DNA of 64,000 bases from an uncultured Lachnospiraceae bacterium (GCA_964638005.1 CAZWXS010000003.1:24405-88404), one strand, 5' to 3'; positions 29,510 to 39,456 are shown, counted from the stretch's first letter. The notes: generated by a model from the sequence alone, not told the origin. A program made the numbers and translations.

Positions 29510-30748
29510 ATGAGCAATGTAATCGTAATCGGCGGAGGTGCATCGGGAATGATGGCGGCAATTGCTGCAGCAGAAAACGGGCATCAGGTCACGCTGCTTG
29601 AAAAGAACGAGAAGCTGGGCAAGAAATTGTTTATCACGGGTAAAGGCAGATGCAATCTGACCAATGCTTGTGATACAGATACGTTTTTTGATCATGTGAT
29701 TTCCGGACGAAAGTTTATGTATAGTGCTTTTTATGGATTTTCCAATACAGAGACCATACAGTGGTTTGAAAAAGAAGGTCTTAGAACCAAGACAGAACGC
29801 GGAGACAGAGTGTTTCCGCAGAGCGATCATTCCTCGGATGTCATTAAGGCGCTGGAACGAAAATTGAAAACCAGTATTCCGCCTGTCTGTGTCAGATTGA
29901 AGACGGAAGTGCGCAAGGTAGAGCAGAAGGATGGCAGAGTATCGGGTGTTATGCTGGAAAAAGGAGAACATCTGGAGGCGGATGCAGTGATTGTTGCGAC
30001 AGGTGGCTGCTCTTATCCTGCATGTGGTACGACCGGTGACGGATACCGCATCGGAGAGGACGCCGGACACCATGTTACGGACAGACAGCCTGCACTTGTA
30101 CCGTTAACCGTACAGGAAGAATGGGTTACGAAGCTGCAGGGGCTATCGCTCAAGAATGTACGCATTCGGTTGGAACAGGGTGGTAAGAAGGTGTATGAGG
30201 ATTTCGGCGAGATGCTCTTTACACATTTCGGGGTCAGCGGGCCGTTGATTTTAAGCGCCAGCAGCCATATTGACCACAGCATGTATCAAGCCGGTTTAAA
30301 ACTTTTGATCGACTTGAAACCGGCACTGAGCGAACAGCAGTTAGATGAGCGCGTGTTACGGGATTTTGCCGAGAACCAGAATAAACAATTCAAAAATGCA
30401 ATGAACAAATTGCTGCCGTCCAAATTGATTTCGATCATTATTCGATTGTCCGGAATCGACGAGGAGAGACATGTCAATGAAATATCGCGTGTCGAACGCA
30501 GCCGATTGGTTCATGTACTCAAGAATATGGAAATGACGGTCACGGGAAGCCGTGGATTTGAGGAGGCCATTATCACACGCGGCGGGATTGCTCTTAAGGA
30601 AATCAATCCGACGACGATGGAATCAAAGCTCGTAAAAGGACTTTATTTTGTCGGTGAGGTATTGGATGTAGATGCTCTGACGGGGGGATTTAATCTGCAG
30701 ATTGCGTGGTCCACGGGCTATGCGGCAGGCAGTGGGATTTCGGAGTAA
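29510..30748 (+). CDS. BaiN/HI0933-family NAD(P)/FAD-dependent flavoprotein
   Basis: VIVIGGGASGMMAA dinucleotide fold, GKGRCNLTN, and C-terminal GGFNLQIAWSTGYAAG. Confidence 0.9.
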   Translation: MSNVIVIGGGASGMMAAIAAAENGHQVTLLEKNEKLGKKLFITGKGRCNLTNACDTDTFFDHVISGRKFMYSAFYGFSNTETIQWFEKEGLRTKTERGDRVFPQSDHSSDVIKALERKLKTSIPPVCVRLKTEVRKVEQKDGRVSGVMLEKGEHLEADAVIVATGGCSYPACGTTGDGYRIGEDAGHHVTDRQPALVPLTVQEEWVTKLQGLSLKNVRIRLEQGGKKVYEDFGEMLFTHFGVSGPLILSASSHIDHSMYQAGLKLLIDLKPALSEQQLDERVLRDFAENQNKQFKNAMNKLLPSKLISIIIRLSGIDEERHVNEISRVERSRLVHVLKNMEMTVTGSRGFEEAIITRGGIALKEINPTTMESKLVKGLYFVGEVLDVDALTGGFNLQIAWSTGYAAGSGISE

Positions 30749-30783
30749 AGAGTGATTATGAAAATCAGGTAAGGAGAGAACCG

Positions 30784-31638
30784 ATGGAAGTGAAGTTGGC
30801 AAAGTCGGCTGGATTTTGCTTCGGTGTCAAAAGAGCAGTTGATAAGGTGTATGAACAGATTGAACAGGGCGGCAATATTTATACGCTCGGACCGATTATT
30901 CACAATGAAACGGTGGTTGCAGATCTGGAGAGTAAAGGCGTCAGGATGCTGCATTCCCTGGAAGAGTTGGAGCAGGTTGATGAGGGAACTGTTATCATAC
31001 GCTCCCACGGAGTGCCGAAGGATGTTTACAAAAGAATAGAAGAACGGGGATTTAACTGCGTTGATGCGACCTGTCCTTTTGTTCGAAAGATTCACAAAAT
31101 CGTAGAGGAAGAGAGTCTGAAAGGCGCACAGATCGTGATTTTCGGGAATGACAATCATCCGGAGGTCGAAGGGATTAAAGGCTGGTGTGCGGCACCTGCG
31201 GTTGTGATTGGTACGGCCGAGGAAGCAAGGAAATTTGAAATGCCCATAAATCAAAAGGTTTGCATTGTTTCTCAAACGACATTTAACTACAATAAATTTC
31301 AAGATTTAGTTGAAATTTTTTCAGAAAAAGGTTATGATATAAATGTTGTGAATACAATTTGCAATGCCACAGAAGACAGACAGAAAGAAGCTGCGGAGAT
31401 TGCAAGTGCTGCGGATACGATGATTGTGATCGGAGGAACTCATAGTTCCAATACTCAGAAATTATACGAAATCTGCAAAGCTGAGTGTGTAGATACACAT
31501 TTTATACAGACACTTGATGACTTGAATTTAGAGACAGGAGCTACTAAATCCATTCGTTGTGTAGGTATTACTGCGGGGGCGTCAACGCCAAATAATATTA
31601 TTGAGGAGGTTCAAAATTATGTCAGAATTAACTTTTGA
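30784..31638 (+). CDS. ispH: 4-hydroxy-3-methylbut-2-enyl diphosphate reductase
   Basis: AGFCFGVKRAV, DATCPFV and SSNT motifs. AAGGAGAG RBS before ATG 30784. Confidence 0.93.
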   Translation: MEVKLAKSAGFCFGVKRAVDKVYEQIEQGGNIYTLGPIIHNETVVADLESKGVRMLHSLEELEQVDEGTVIIRSHGVPKDVYKRIEERGFNCVDATCPFVRKIHKIVEEESLKGAQIVIFGNDNHPEVEGIKGWCAAPAVVIGTAEEARKFEMPINQKVCIVSQTTFNYNKFQDLVEIFSEKGYDINVVNTICNATEDRQKEAAEIASAADTMIVIGGTHSSNTQKLYEICKAECVDTHFIQTLDDLNLETGATKSIRCVGITAGASTPNNIIEEVQNYVRINF

Positions 31639-32767
31639 ACAGATGCTGGAATCATCATTGAAAACAATACACACGGGAGAGGTAGTTGAAGGAACTGTCA
31701 TAGACGTTAAGCCGGATGAGATTATATTAAACATTGGCTATAAATCAGACGGTATCGTAACAAGAAACGAATATTCAAATACACCTGTAGATCTTACGAC
31801 CTGCGTTAAAGTCGGCGACACAATGGAAACAAAGGTTCTGAAAGTGAACGACGGAGAAGGCCAGGTGTTATTGACATACAAACGCCTTGCAGCGGATAAG
31901 GGTAATAAGAGAATCGAAGAAGCATTCGAGAATAAAGAAGTGCTCAAGGCAACCGTATCACAGGTATTGGACGGCGGCTTAAGCGTAATCGTCGAAGAAG
32001 CAAGAGTATTTATCCCGGCAAGCCTTGTATCAGACAGTTATGAGAAGGATTTGACCAAGTATGCGGGACAGGAGATCGAGTTCGTTATCAGCGAGTTCAA
32101 TCCTAAGAGACGCAGAGTGATTGGTGACAGAAGACAGCTGATGATGGCTAAGCGCGCAGAGCTTCAGAAGGAATTGTTTGCAAAGCTGAAGGTTGGCGAT
32201 GTTGTTGAAGGTGTTGTTAAGAATGTTACGGACTTTGGTGTATTTGTGGATCTGGGCGGAGCGGACGGTCTGCTTCATATCTCAGAGATGTCATGGGGCA
32301 GGGTTGAGAATCCTAAGAAGGTATTTAAGACCGGCGATACATTGAAGGTGTTGATTAAGGAAATTACAGGTACGAAAATTGCACTTAGTTTGAAATTTGA
32401 TGATGCGAATCCATGGCTGGAGGCAGAGAAGAAGTTTGCAGTCGGTACAGAGGTGACAGGCAAGGTTGCCAGAATGACTGATTTTGGCGCTTTTATTGAG
32501 CTGGTACCCGGTGTGGATGCACTGTTACATGTATCACAGATTTCAAAGGAACATATTGAGAAGCCGTCAGATGTATTAAAGGTCGGCGAAGAAGTAACTG
32601 CTAAGATCGTTGATTTCAATGCGACAGACAGAAAGATCAGTCTGAGTATTAAGGCTCTGCTTGCTCCGGAAGAGGAAGCTGCTCCCGAGAAGGAAGAATC
32701 CGATGCAGAGTTCGTATCAGTTGATATTGATGCTGAGATTGCAAAGGATGCGGAAGATCAAGAATAA
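31619..32767 (+). CDS. rpsA: 30S ribosomal protein S1-like (four S1 domains)
   Basis: Repeated S1 OB-fold signatures (G.V..G.V..V...G.FVDLG...GLLH.SE). GAGGAGG RBS. Overlaps the ispH 3' end by 20 nt in another frame. Confidence 0.9.
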   Translation: MSELTFEQMLESSLKTIHTGEVVEGTVIDVKPDEIILNIGYKSDGIVTRNEYSNTPVDLTTCVKVGDTMETKVLKVNDGEGQVLLTYKRLAADKGNKRIEEAFENKEVLKATVSQVLDGGLSVIVEEARVFIPASLVSDSYEKDLTKYAGQEIEFVISEFNPKRRRVIGDRRQLMMAKRAELQKELFAKLKVGDVVEGVVKNVTDFGVFVDLGGADGLLHISEMSWGRVENPKKVFKTGDTLKVLIKEITGTKIALSLKFDDANPWLEAEKKFAVGTEVTGKVARMTDFGAFIELVPGVDALLHVSQISKEHIEKPSDVLKVGEEVTAKIVDFNATDRKISLSIKALLAPEEEAAPEKEESDAEFVSVDIDAEIAKDAEDQE

Positions 32768-32788
32768 TTCTCGTAGGAGACTGAATTT

Positions 32789-33565
32789 ATGATATACGAT
32801 TATGAGGCCTTTAAACGGGCGGTCTTCGATATGACGAAGATTGATTTGAATGCGTATAAAGAGAAGCAGATGCGCAGGAGAATAGATACACTGATCAATA
32901 AGTACAAGATGTCAGGCTATGAAGAGTTTTTAGGGGCACTTAAGACCGATAAGAAAACCTTTGAGGATTTTGTAAACTATCTGACGATCAATGTATCGGA
33001 GTTTTATCGGAATACAGATCAGTGGGAACTGATGGATAAGCAATATATTCCGGAGCTGATATCCAAGTTTGGGACGAATCTGAAGATTTGGAGTGCTGCA
33101 TGCTCGACGGGAGACGAACCGTATTCGCTCGTCATGGCATTGTCCAGACATCTTCCGTTATCACAGATTAAGATTTATGCAACGGATTTGGACAAGCAGG
33201 TACTTGCGGCGGCTCAGATGGGACTGTATTCGGAAAAGAGTATAGCAAATGTTCCGAGTGACCTGAAGGCAAAGTTTTTTACAAAGGTCGGAGCTTCTTA
33301 TCAGATATCGAGCGAGGTCAAGACCAGAGTGGAATTCAAGGAGCATAATCTCCTGAAGGACAAATATCCGGACAGATGCCATTTCATTGTTTGCAGAAAT
33401 GTATTGATTTATTTTACAGAGGAAGCAAAGGATGAGATTTTCAAGAAGTTCAGTGCATCGCTTGTAAAGGACGGCATCCTGTTTATCGGAAGTACGGAAC
33501 AGATTATGAATCATAAGGACTACGGCTATATCAGAAAGAATTCTTTTTACTATCAAAAGGGTTAA
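32789..33565 (+). CDS. cheR: Chemotaxis protein-glutamate O-methyltransferase
   Basis: TINVSEFYRN and IWSAACSTGDEPYS (SAM site). 258 aa. Confidence 0.9.
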   Translation: MIYDYEAFKRAVFDMTKIDLNAYKEKQMRRRIDTLINKYKMSGYEEFLGALKTDKKTFEDFVNYLTINVSEFYRNTDQWELMDKQYIPELISKFGTNLKIWSAACSTGDEPYSLVMALSRHLPLSQIKIYATDLDKQVLAAAQMGLYSEKSIANVPSDLKAKFFTKVGASYQISSEVKTRVEFKEHNLLKDKYPDRCHFIVCRNVLIYFTEEAKDEIFKKFSASLVKDGILFIGSTEQIMNHKDYGYIRKNSFYYQKG

Positions 33566-33569
33566 TATG

Positions 33570-33603
33570 AAAGGGACATCCGAATCATGGATGTCCCTTT
33601 TTT
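33570..33603. terminator. Bidirectional intrinsic terminator
   Basis: Perfect 12-bp stem AAAGGGACATCC / GGATGTCCCTTT with a 7-nt loop, flanked by A/T runs. Sits between convergent genes. Confidence 0.85.
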
Positions 33604-33643
33604 AGATTAAAAGGTGTCAACAGACTTTCCGAGAAAAGCAGTT

Positions 33644-34753
33644 TTATGCTTCTATAAACATGAACAGCAGCTTTTGTGCATATTCTTCAAGGAGCGAAGA
33701 GTCATCCAGCATTGCTTTTTCGAAGCAGAAATAAGATACCTTGTCTTTATAGTCATTTTTGAATTCAGGTGTGACAAAGGGCTGCCATTGGGGAAGAAAG
33801 TCGGCTTCTTTCTTGGTGTAGCAGGTGGCGGGGGTTGCCGGAATGCGATGGTTTCTGTCTACATAGGCAGCCACGCTTTTGTGGATGGCGGTATCTTCCA
33901 TTGGCAGGTAGTAGTATTCTCTGTGGTTTGGCAGAAAATATTTGAGTTCCTGATGAAGCAGGGGAATGCGCAGTTTGATCTGAGCGGAACTGCTCATAAT
34001 GCGGCAGTTGTTCTTCTGATAAGAGATATCGACAGGAAGAGGCAGCGGGGCATCACAGGTCAGCAGCAGTTCGCGTTGTTTTACTCCGTGGATATCTTCG
34101 TACTCGTTCAGTACAGATCTTTCATAAGTCAGAGGGGTGTGGAACAGATCATAATAGGACAGGATCGGCAGGATCTGCAGCATGCCCTTTAGGTCTTCAA
34201 AATTATGCAGCAGGAGCAGCTCGCTGTTATATCTGGTCGGGGTTTTTACATACTCATGATACACCGATATCAACTGACCTCCGTTATAGAGATCCTCTCT
34301 GTTCAATTTGAGATAAGTCTCAATGGTTTTTTGCTTGAGATTTTCCAGGGAGAGCAACAGTTTATAAGGAGCAATGCGTTTATAGATATCAATGCTTTCA
34401 AAGTCGTCAAAGGTATATGAAAATTGATATTTTTCAATTTTCTTAGACAGATAGGGCAGATCAAATTGTGCACCGTTATAATGTACGAGATATTTAAATC
34501 GTTTGCTGAATCGGAAGAAGGAGCTTAGGATCTGATCTTCCTCTTCATAGGTATCGGCAAACCATTGAATTGTATGATATGCATCATTTTCATAATACAG
34601 GCAGCCGATCATATACAGATAAGAGGACTTGGCTGAAAAGCCGGTTGTCTCTATATCGAGAAAGAGAATCTCATCGGGGGGTGCGATTCGGCTGAGCGGA
34701 TATGAAGTTCTGACGTCGTTCAAACGCTGCGTGTGTGTCTGCATATGGTTCAC
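33644..34753 (-). CDS. RNase H-fold exonuclease-like protein (YprB/MrfB-like)
   Basis: ILFLDIETTGF (DEDD Exo I-like) and LVHYNGAQFDLPYL. 369 aa. Family assignment from memory of COG3359/YprB. Confidence 0.75.
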   Translation of the reverse strand: MNHMQTHTQRLNDVRTSYPLSRIAPPDEILFLDIETTGFSAKSSYLYMIGCLYYENDAYHTIQWFADTYEEEDQILSSFFRFSKRFKYLVHYNGAQFDLPYLSKKIEKYQFSYTFDDFESIDIYKRIAPYKLLLSLENLKQKTIETYLKLNREDLYNGGQLISVYHEYVKTPTRYNSELLLLHNFEDLKGMLQILPILSYYDLFHTPLTYERSVLNEYEDIHGVKQRELLLTCDAPLPLPVDISYQKNNCRIMSSSAQIKLRIPLLHQELKYFLPNHREYYYLPMEDTAIHKSVAAYVDRNHRIPATPATCYTKKEADFLPQWQPFVTPEFKNDYKDKVSYFCFEKAMLDDSSLLEEYAQKLLFMFIEA

Positions 34754-34885
34754 CTCACTCTGTATGGCTTATTCTATCTTAAGTATACAATATTTCGGAG
34801 AAAAAAGTAGTAAAAAATGCGTAATGGGTAGAATTTTGTTGAAAAATTTAGTATAGTATTTATAGTTGTGCGAAGGGAGAAAACC

Positions 34886-35821
34886 ATGTGGGATTTTGAA
34901 ATACTGGGAATCAGTTTTTATCTGCTTATGAATTATCTGATTATCTACAGTGTGGTCGGATGGATCTGGGAGAGCTGTTATATGTCGGTACTGGAGCGTA
35001 AGATCGTGAACAGAGGGTATGTAACGGGACCGGTGTGCACAATCTACGGAGTCGGAGCGATTGCACTGTACTTGCTGCTGCGTCCGTTTGCGGGTAATCA
35101 TGTAGTGCTTTTTTTCGTCGGCGCATTTGTGGCAACCGTACTGGAATATGTGACTGCTGTCGTGATGGAAGGCCTTTTTCATACGAGCTGGTGGGATTAC
35201 ACCGACCAGAAGTTCAACTATAAGGGCAGGATATGCCTTAGTTCTACCATTGCATGGGGAGCTGCTTCGGTGTTGCTCTTTACCGTGCTGCAGCCGACAG
35301 TGGATCGTGTGGTGGCGTTGTATCCGGAGTCGGTGGGGAGAATTGCCGTCATCATATGTGCAGTGGTGTATGCAGTGGATTTTACGTTTGCAACGATTGC
35401 AGCAGCTGACCTTTCCAAGAAGCTGGAAAAGATGGATGTACTGTTCGAGGAGTTTACCGATTACGTCAAGTCCAGCAGGATCTATGAATCGGGAGAGGAT
35501 ATTTATGCGAGGGTGGAAGCGTTCAGGACGCAGTTTAGGGAAATGAACTATGTGAAGCGCTTTTCCAAGCGTATGGATGTACGTCAGGCGGTTTTCAATG
35601 AGCAGCTGGCACGTTTGGGACTTGTGAATCATACGGATGAGGTCAAGGAAAAGGTTGCAGGCTTTGCAAAGAAGCTGAATGCTGTATTTACAAGCAATCG
35701 CTTTCAGCAGGGGCGTATTTTGAAAGCATACCCGAATCTGAAGACACATGCGAGAATTTCAGCAGATCGTATTAAGAGCAGAATCAATAGAAAATCAAAG
35801 GATCAGGATCAACAGAACTGA
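34886..35821 (+). CDS. Polytopic membrane protein (CmpB/DUF1113-like putative transporter component)
   Basis: N-terminal pattern YSVVGWIWESCYMS...NRGYVTGPVCTIYG, about 6 TM helices and a charged C-terminal tail. The family name is tentative. Confidence 0.7.
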   Translation: MWDFEILGISFYLLMNYLIIYSVVGWIWESCYMSVLERKIVNRGYVTGPVCTIYGVGAIALYLLLRPFAGNHVVLFFVGAFVATVLEYVTAVVMEGLFHTSWWDYTDQKFNYKGRICLSSTIAWGAASVLLFTVLQPTVDRVVALYPESVGRIAVIICAVVYAVDFTFATIAAADLSKKLEKMDVLFEEFTDYVKSSRIYESGEDIYARVEAFRTQFREMNYVKRFSKRMDVRQAVFNEQLARLGLVNHTDEVKEKVAGFAKKLNAVFTSNRFQQGRILKAYPNLKTHARISADRIKSRINRKSKDQDQQN

Positions 35822-35838
35822 TTCAGGAGGGGTTGAAT

Positions 35839-37155
35839 ATGGCAGCATTTACATTTAAGGGCGGAATTCATCCGTACGACGGCAAGAAGATATCCAAGGA
35901 TAAACCCATCCTTGCCGTGCTCCCAAAGGGAGATCTGGTGTATCCTCTGTCCCAGCATATCGGGGCACCGGCTAAGCCGATTGTGACAAAGGGAGAGAGA
36001 GTACTTGCGGGACAGAAGATAGCAGAGGCGGGAGGCTTTGTATCTGCACCGATCCATGCATCAGTGTCCGGTACGGTAAAAGCTATCGAACCGAGAAGAG
36101 TTGTGACAGGTGATAACGTCATGTCGATCATCATTGAGAATGACGGTCTGTATGAAGAAGCGCCTCCGATCCATCACAAGGAATTGGCTGATATGACACG
36201 GGAAGAGGTCATAGAAATCATTCGGGAGGCGGGAATCGTAGGAATGGGCGGAGCAGGTTTCCCGACACATGTGAAGCTGTCGCCGAAGGATCCCGATAAG
36301 ATATTTTATGTCATAGCCAACTGTGCGGAATGCGAGCCGTATCTGACTTCCGATTATCGTAGGATGGTGGAGGAGCCGGAGAAGCTTGTGGCAGGGTTGA
36401 AGATTATTTTGTGCCTGTTTCCTCATGCAAAGGGAATTCTGGCAGTGGAGGACAATAAGCCTGACTGCATCAGAAAGCTAAAGGATCTTGTACTGGATGA
36501 GAGCCGGATGTCTGTCAAGGTGTTAAAGACGAAGTATCCGCAGGGAGCGGAGAGACAGTTGATTTATGCGACGACGAAGCGGGCGATCAATTCGTCCATG
36601 CTGCCCTCGGATGTAGGCTGCATCGTGAATAATGTAGATACCATCGTGGCGGTATATCATGCAGTCATCGAAGGTAAGCCATTGATGCACCGTATCGTTA
36701 CCGTGACGGGAGATGCAATCAGAGAGCCGCGTAATTTCATCGTCAAGGTAGGAACCAACTACAGTGAATTGATTGAAGAAGCAGGAGGATTCATCAGAAA
36801 GCCGGAGAAGATCATATCCGGCGGGCCGATGATGGGCTTTGGCATCTTTGATACAAATGTGCCCGCCACGAAGACATCTTCCGCATTGCTGTGCCTGTTA
36901 AAGGATGATGTGGAGCGTATGAAGCCGACACAATGCATCAATTGCGGTATGTGTGTCAATATCTGTCCGGGGCGCGTCATACCGGCAAGACTGGCTGACT
37001 ATGCCGAGCACGGAGACGAAGAGAAATTCGTGAAGAACAATGGAATGGAATGCTGCGAATGCGGCTGCTGCAGTTATGTCTGTCCGGCAAAGCGTCAGCT
37101 GACACAGAGTATCAAATCAATGCGTCGAATGATCTTGGCAAACAAGAAAAAATAG
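35839..37155 (+). CDS. rnfC: Rnf electron transport complex subunit C
   Basis: GMGGAGFPTHVK. Two ferredoxin motifs, CINCGMCVNICP and CCECGCCSYVCP. Confidence 0.95.
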   Translation: MAAFTFKGGIHPYDGKKISKDKPILAVLPKGDLVYPLSQHIGAPAKPIVTKGERVLAGQKIAEAGGFVSAPIHASVSGTVKAIEPRRVVTGDNVMSIIIENDGLYEEAPPIHHKELADMTREEVIEIIREAGIVGMGGAGFPTHVKLSPKDPDKIFYVIANCAECEPYLTSDYRRMVEEPEKLVAGLKIILCLFPHAKGILAVEDNKPDCIRKLKDLVLDESRMSVKVLKTKYPQGAERQLIYATTKRAINSSMLPSDVGCIVNNVDTIVAVYHAVIEGKPLMHRIVTVTGDAIREPRNFIVKVGTNYSELIEEAGGFIRKPEKIISGGPMMGFGIFDTNVPATKTSSALLCLLKDDVERMKPTQCINCGMCVNICPGRVIPARLADYAEHGDEEKFVKNNGMECCECGCCSYVCPAKRQLTQSIKSMRRMILANKKK

Positions 37156-37167
37156 GGGGAAAATATC

Positions 37168-38097
37168 TTGAGCAATTTGATGAATGTATCATCCTCACCG
37201 CACATCAGAAGTAAATTGTCTACGAGCTCCATTATGTTTGTGGTCATTTTAGGACTTTTACCGGCGACGGGGTTTGGTATTTATAATTTTGGCTTGGAAG
37301 CAGCCGTGGTGGTTGCTGTCTGTATCGCGACCTGTGTGCTGACCGAATTTGTATACACAAAGCTTATGAAGAAGCCGACGACGATCGGAGATTTAAGTGC
37401 AGTCGTAACAGGATTGCTGCTTGCGTTAAATCTGCCGTCTACAGTGCCGTGGTGGATACCTGTAATCGGTGGTGTATTTGCGATTCTGATCGTCAAGATG
37501 CTGTTTGGAGGTCTTGGGCAGAACTTTATGAACCCTGCATTGGGGGCAAGATGTTTTCTGCTGATTTCCTTTACGGCACGTATGACGACTTTTACATATG
37601 ACGGAGTGACAACTGCAACGCCGCTGGCACTTTATAAAGCCGGTGAAGCAGTTAACACATTTAATATGGTCATCGGTAAAGAGGCGGGAACAATCGGTGA
37701 GACTTCGGTCATCGCGATTGTGCTGGGAGCCATTATCCTGTTGCTTGCAGGAGTAATCGACTTAAAGATTCCCGGATCCTATATCGTGACATTTGCTATC
37801 TTCATCGGAATCTTCGGCGGACAGGGCTGGGATGCTAATTATCTGACGGCACAGCTTGCGGGCGGCGGTCTGATGTTGGGGGCATTTTTTATGGCAACAG
37901 ATTATGCGACTTCTCCGATTACCGGTACGGGAAAGGTACTGTATGGAATTGTTCTGGGTATCTTTACGGGTCTGTTCCGGGTATTCGGTGTGGCTGCGGA
38001 GGGTGTTTCCTATGCCATTATTTTAGGAAATCTGCTGGTGCCGTTGATTGAGAAGATTACCGTTCCGAGATGCTTTGGCAAAGGAGGGGAAATCTGA
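37168..38097 (+). CDS. rnfD: Rnf complex subunit D
   Basis: Polytopic NqrB/RnfD pattern (FMNPAL, FFMATDYATSP). TTG start at 37168; ATG 37180 is an alternative. Confidence 0.93.
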   Translation: MSNLMNVSSSPHIRSKLSTSSIMFVVILGLLPATGFGIYNFGLEAAVVVAVCIATCVLTEFVYTKLMKKPTTIGDLSAVVTGLLLALNLPSTVPWWIPVIGGVFAILIVKMLFGGLGQNFMNPALGARCFLLISFTARMTTFTYDGVTTATPLALYKAGEAVNTFNMVIGKEAGTIGETSVIAIVLGAIILLLAGVIDLKIPGSYIVTFAIFIGIFGGQGWDANYLTAQLAGGGLMLGAFFMATDYATSPITGTGKVLYGIVLGIFTGLFRVFGVAAEGVSYAIILGNLLVPLIEKITVPRCFGKGGEI

Positions 38098-38738
38098 TGA
38101 ATGAGACAGTGAAGAATACGATTATCCTGACGGTCATTACGGTCATTGCGGGTCTGTTCCTCGGATTCGTATATGATATTACGAAAGAGCCGATTCGCGT
38201 ACAGGAGGAAAAGGTAAAGCAGGAGGCATACCAGAGCGTTTACCCTGAAGCAGCATCTTTTGAAAGTCCCAATCATGATTTTGAACTGGAACTTTCCTGC
38301 AGTGGAGGGTATCTGGAGGAAGCCGGCTATGGCGAAGAAAGCATTGATGAAGGTTTGTTTGCGGTAGATGCTTCCGGTGAGGTCATCGGATTTGTGTTTA
38401 CTGTTACGACACATGAGGGATATGGCGGTGACATTACCATTTCCATAGGGTTAAAAGATGACGGTACTGTGACCGGTGTTGAAGTCCTTAGCATCAATGA
38501 GACGGCAGGACTGGGAATGAAGGCGAAGGAAGATGAATTTACAAGCCAGTTTGGAGGCAAAGCAGTTTCAAAGTTTTCTTATACGAAGACGGGAGCAACA
38601 GCGGATTATGAGATTGATGCGTTGAGCGGCGCGACCATTACGACCAATGCGATGGTCAATGCAGTGAATGCAGCACTTGCTTTTTATGATGCCAGCAATC
38701 TGAGCGATGGAATATATGGAGGTAAGTCGTATGAGTAA
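38097..38738 (+). CDS. rnfG: Rnf complex subunit G (FMN-binding)
   Basis: N-terminal TM helix and the flavinylation motif LSGATIT. The ATG overlaps the rnfD stop. Confidence 0.93.
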   Translation: MNETVKNTIILTVITVIAGLFLGFVYDITKEPIRVQEEKVKQEAYQSVYPEAASFESPNHDFELELSCSGGYLEEAGYGEESIDEGLFAVDASGEVIGFVFTVTTHEGYGGDITISIGLKDDGTVTGVEVLSINETAGLGMKAKEDEFTSQFGGKAVSKFSYTKTGATADYEIDALSGATITTNAMVNAVNAALAFYDASNLSDGIYGGKSYE

Positions 38739-39456
38739 GGTGTTTGAACGGTTATTTAATGGATTGATCAAAGAGAATCCTACCTTTGTTCTGATGCTCG
38801 GTATGTGTCCGACGCTTGCGGTTACGACTTCTGCAATCAACGGTCTCGGCATGGGACTGACGACAACAGCCGTATTGATTCTTTCTAATATGATGATTTC
38901 GATGCTGCGTAAGATCATTCCCGACAAGGTGCGGATTCCGGCATTTATCGTCATCATTGCCTCGTTTGTTACGATCGTGGAGCTGTTGCTGGAGGGATTT
39001 GTTCCTTCGCTTTACAGTTCTTTGGGTATCTATATTCCGCTGATTGTTGTGAATTGTATCATTCTGGGCAGGGCGGAAGCATATGCGTACAAGAACAGTG
39101 TGATACTATCTGTCTTTGACGGTATCGGCATGGGACTTGGCTTCTCAGTAGCACTGACATTGATCGGTGCGTTCCGAGAGCTGATCGGTTCCGGCAAGAT
39201 ATTTGATATACAGGTGATGCCGGAGGCTTATGAGCCGGTAACGATCTTTATCCTGGCACCGGGTGCGTTTTTTGTACTGGCATGTCTGACGGCATTACAG
39301 AATAAGATGAAGATGAAAAAGGCAAAGCGGGACGGTGTACTCATCAAGTGTGATACGGGATGTGCATCCTGTGTCAATGCGTCTTCGTGCGCAGGTAAGA
39401 TGGTAGAGGAAAAAATCAAGATTACCAATCAGAAGAAGGGGGCGGCTAAAGCATGA
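38731..39456 (+). CDS. rnfE: Rnf complex subunit E (with a Cys-rich C-terminal extension)
   Basis: GLIKENPTFVLMLGMCPTLAVT and LIVVNCIILGRAEAYA. Extra tail KCDTGCASCVNASSCAG. Confidence 0.92.
   Translation: MSKVFERLFNGLIKENPTFVLMLGMCPTLAVTTSAINGLGMGLTTTAVLILSNMMISMLRKIIPDKVRIPAFIVIIASFVTIVELLLEGFVPSLYSSLGIYIPLIVVNCIILGRAEAYAYKNSVILSVFDGIGMGLGFSVALTLIGAFRELIGSGKIFDIQVMPEAYEPVTIFILAPGAFFVLACLTALQNKMKMKKAKRDGVLIKCDTGCASCVNASSCAGKMVEEKIKITNQKKGAAKA

Noticed and set aside
33614-34192. 192-aa ORF on the plus strand
   Set aside because: It is antisense to the YprB-like exonuclease gene, which carries recognisable DEDD-type motifs. It begins inside the terminator region and has no RBS.
34769-35749. 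326-aa ORF on the minus strand
   Set aside because: It is antisense to the polytopic membrane protein at 34886-35821 and has a Cys/His/Arg-rich, non-protein-like composition. The plus-strand frame has an RBS and clear TM periodicity.
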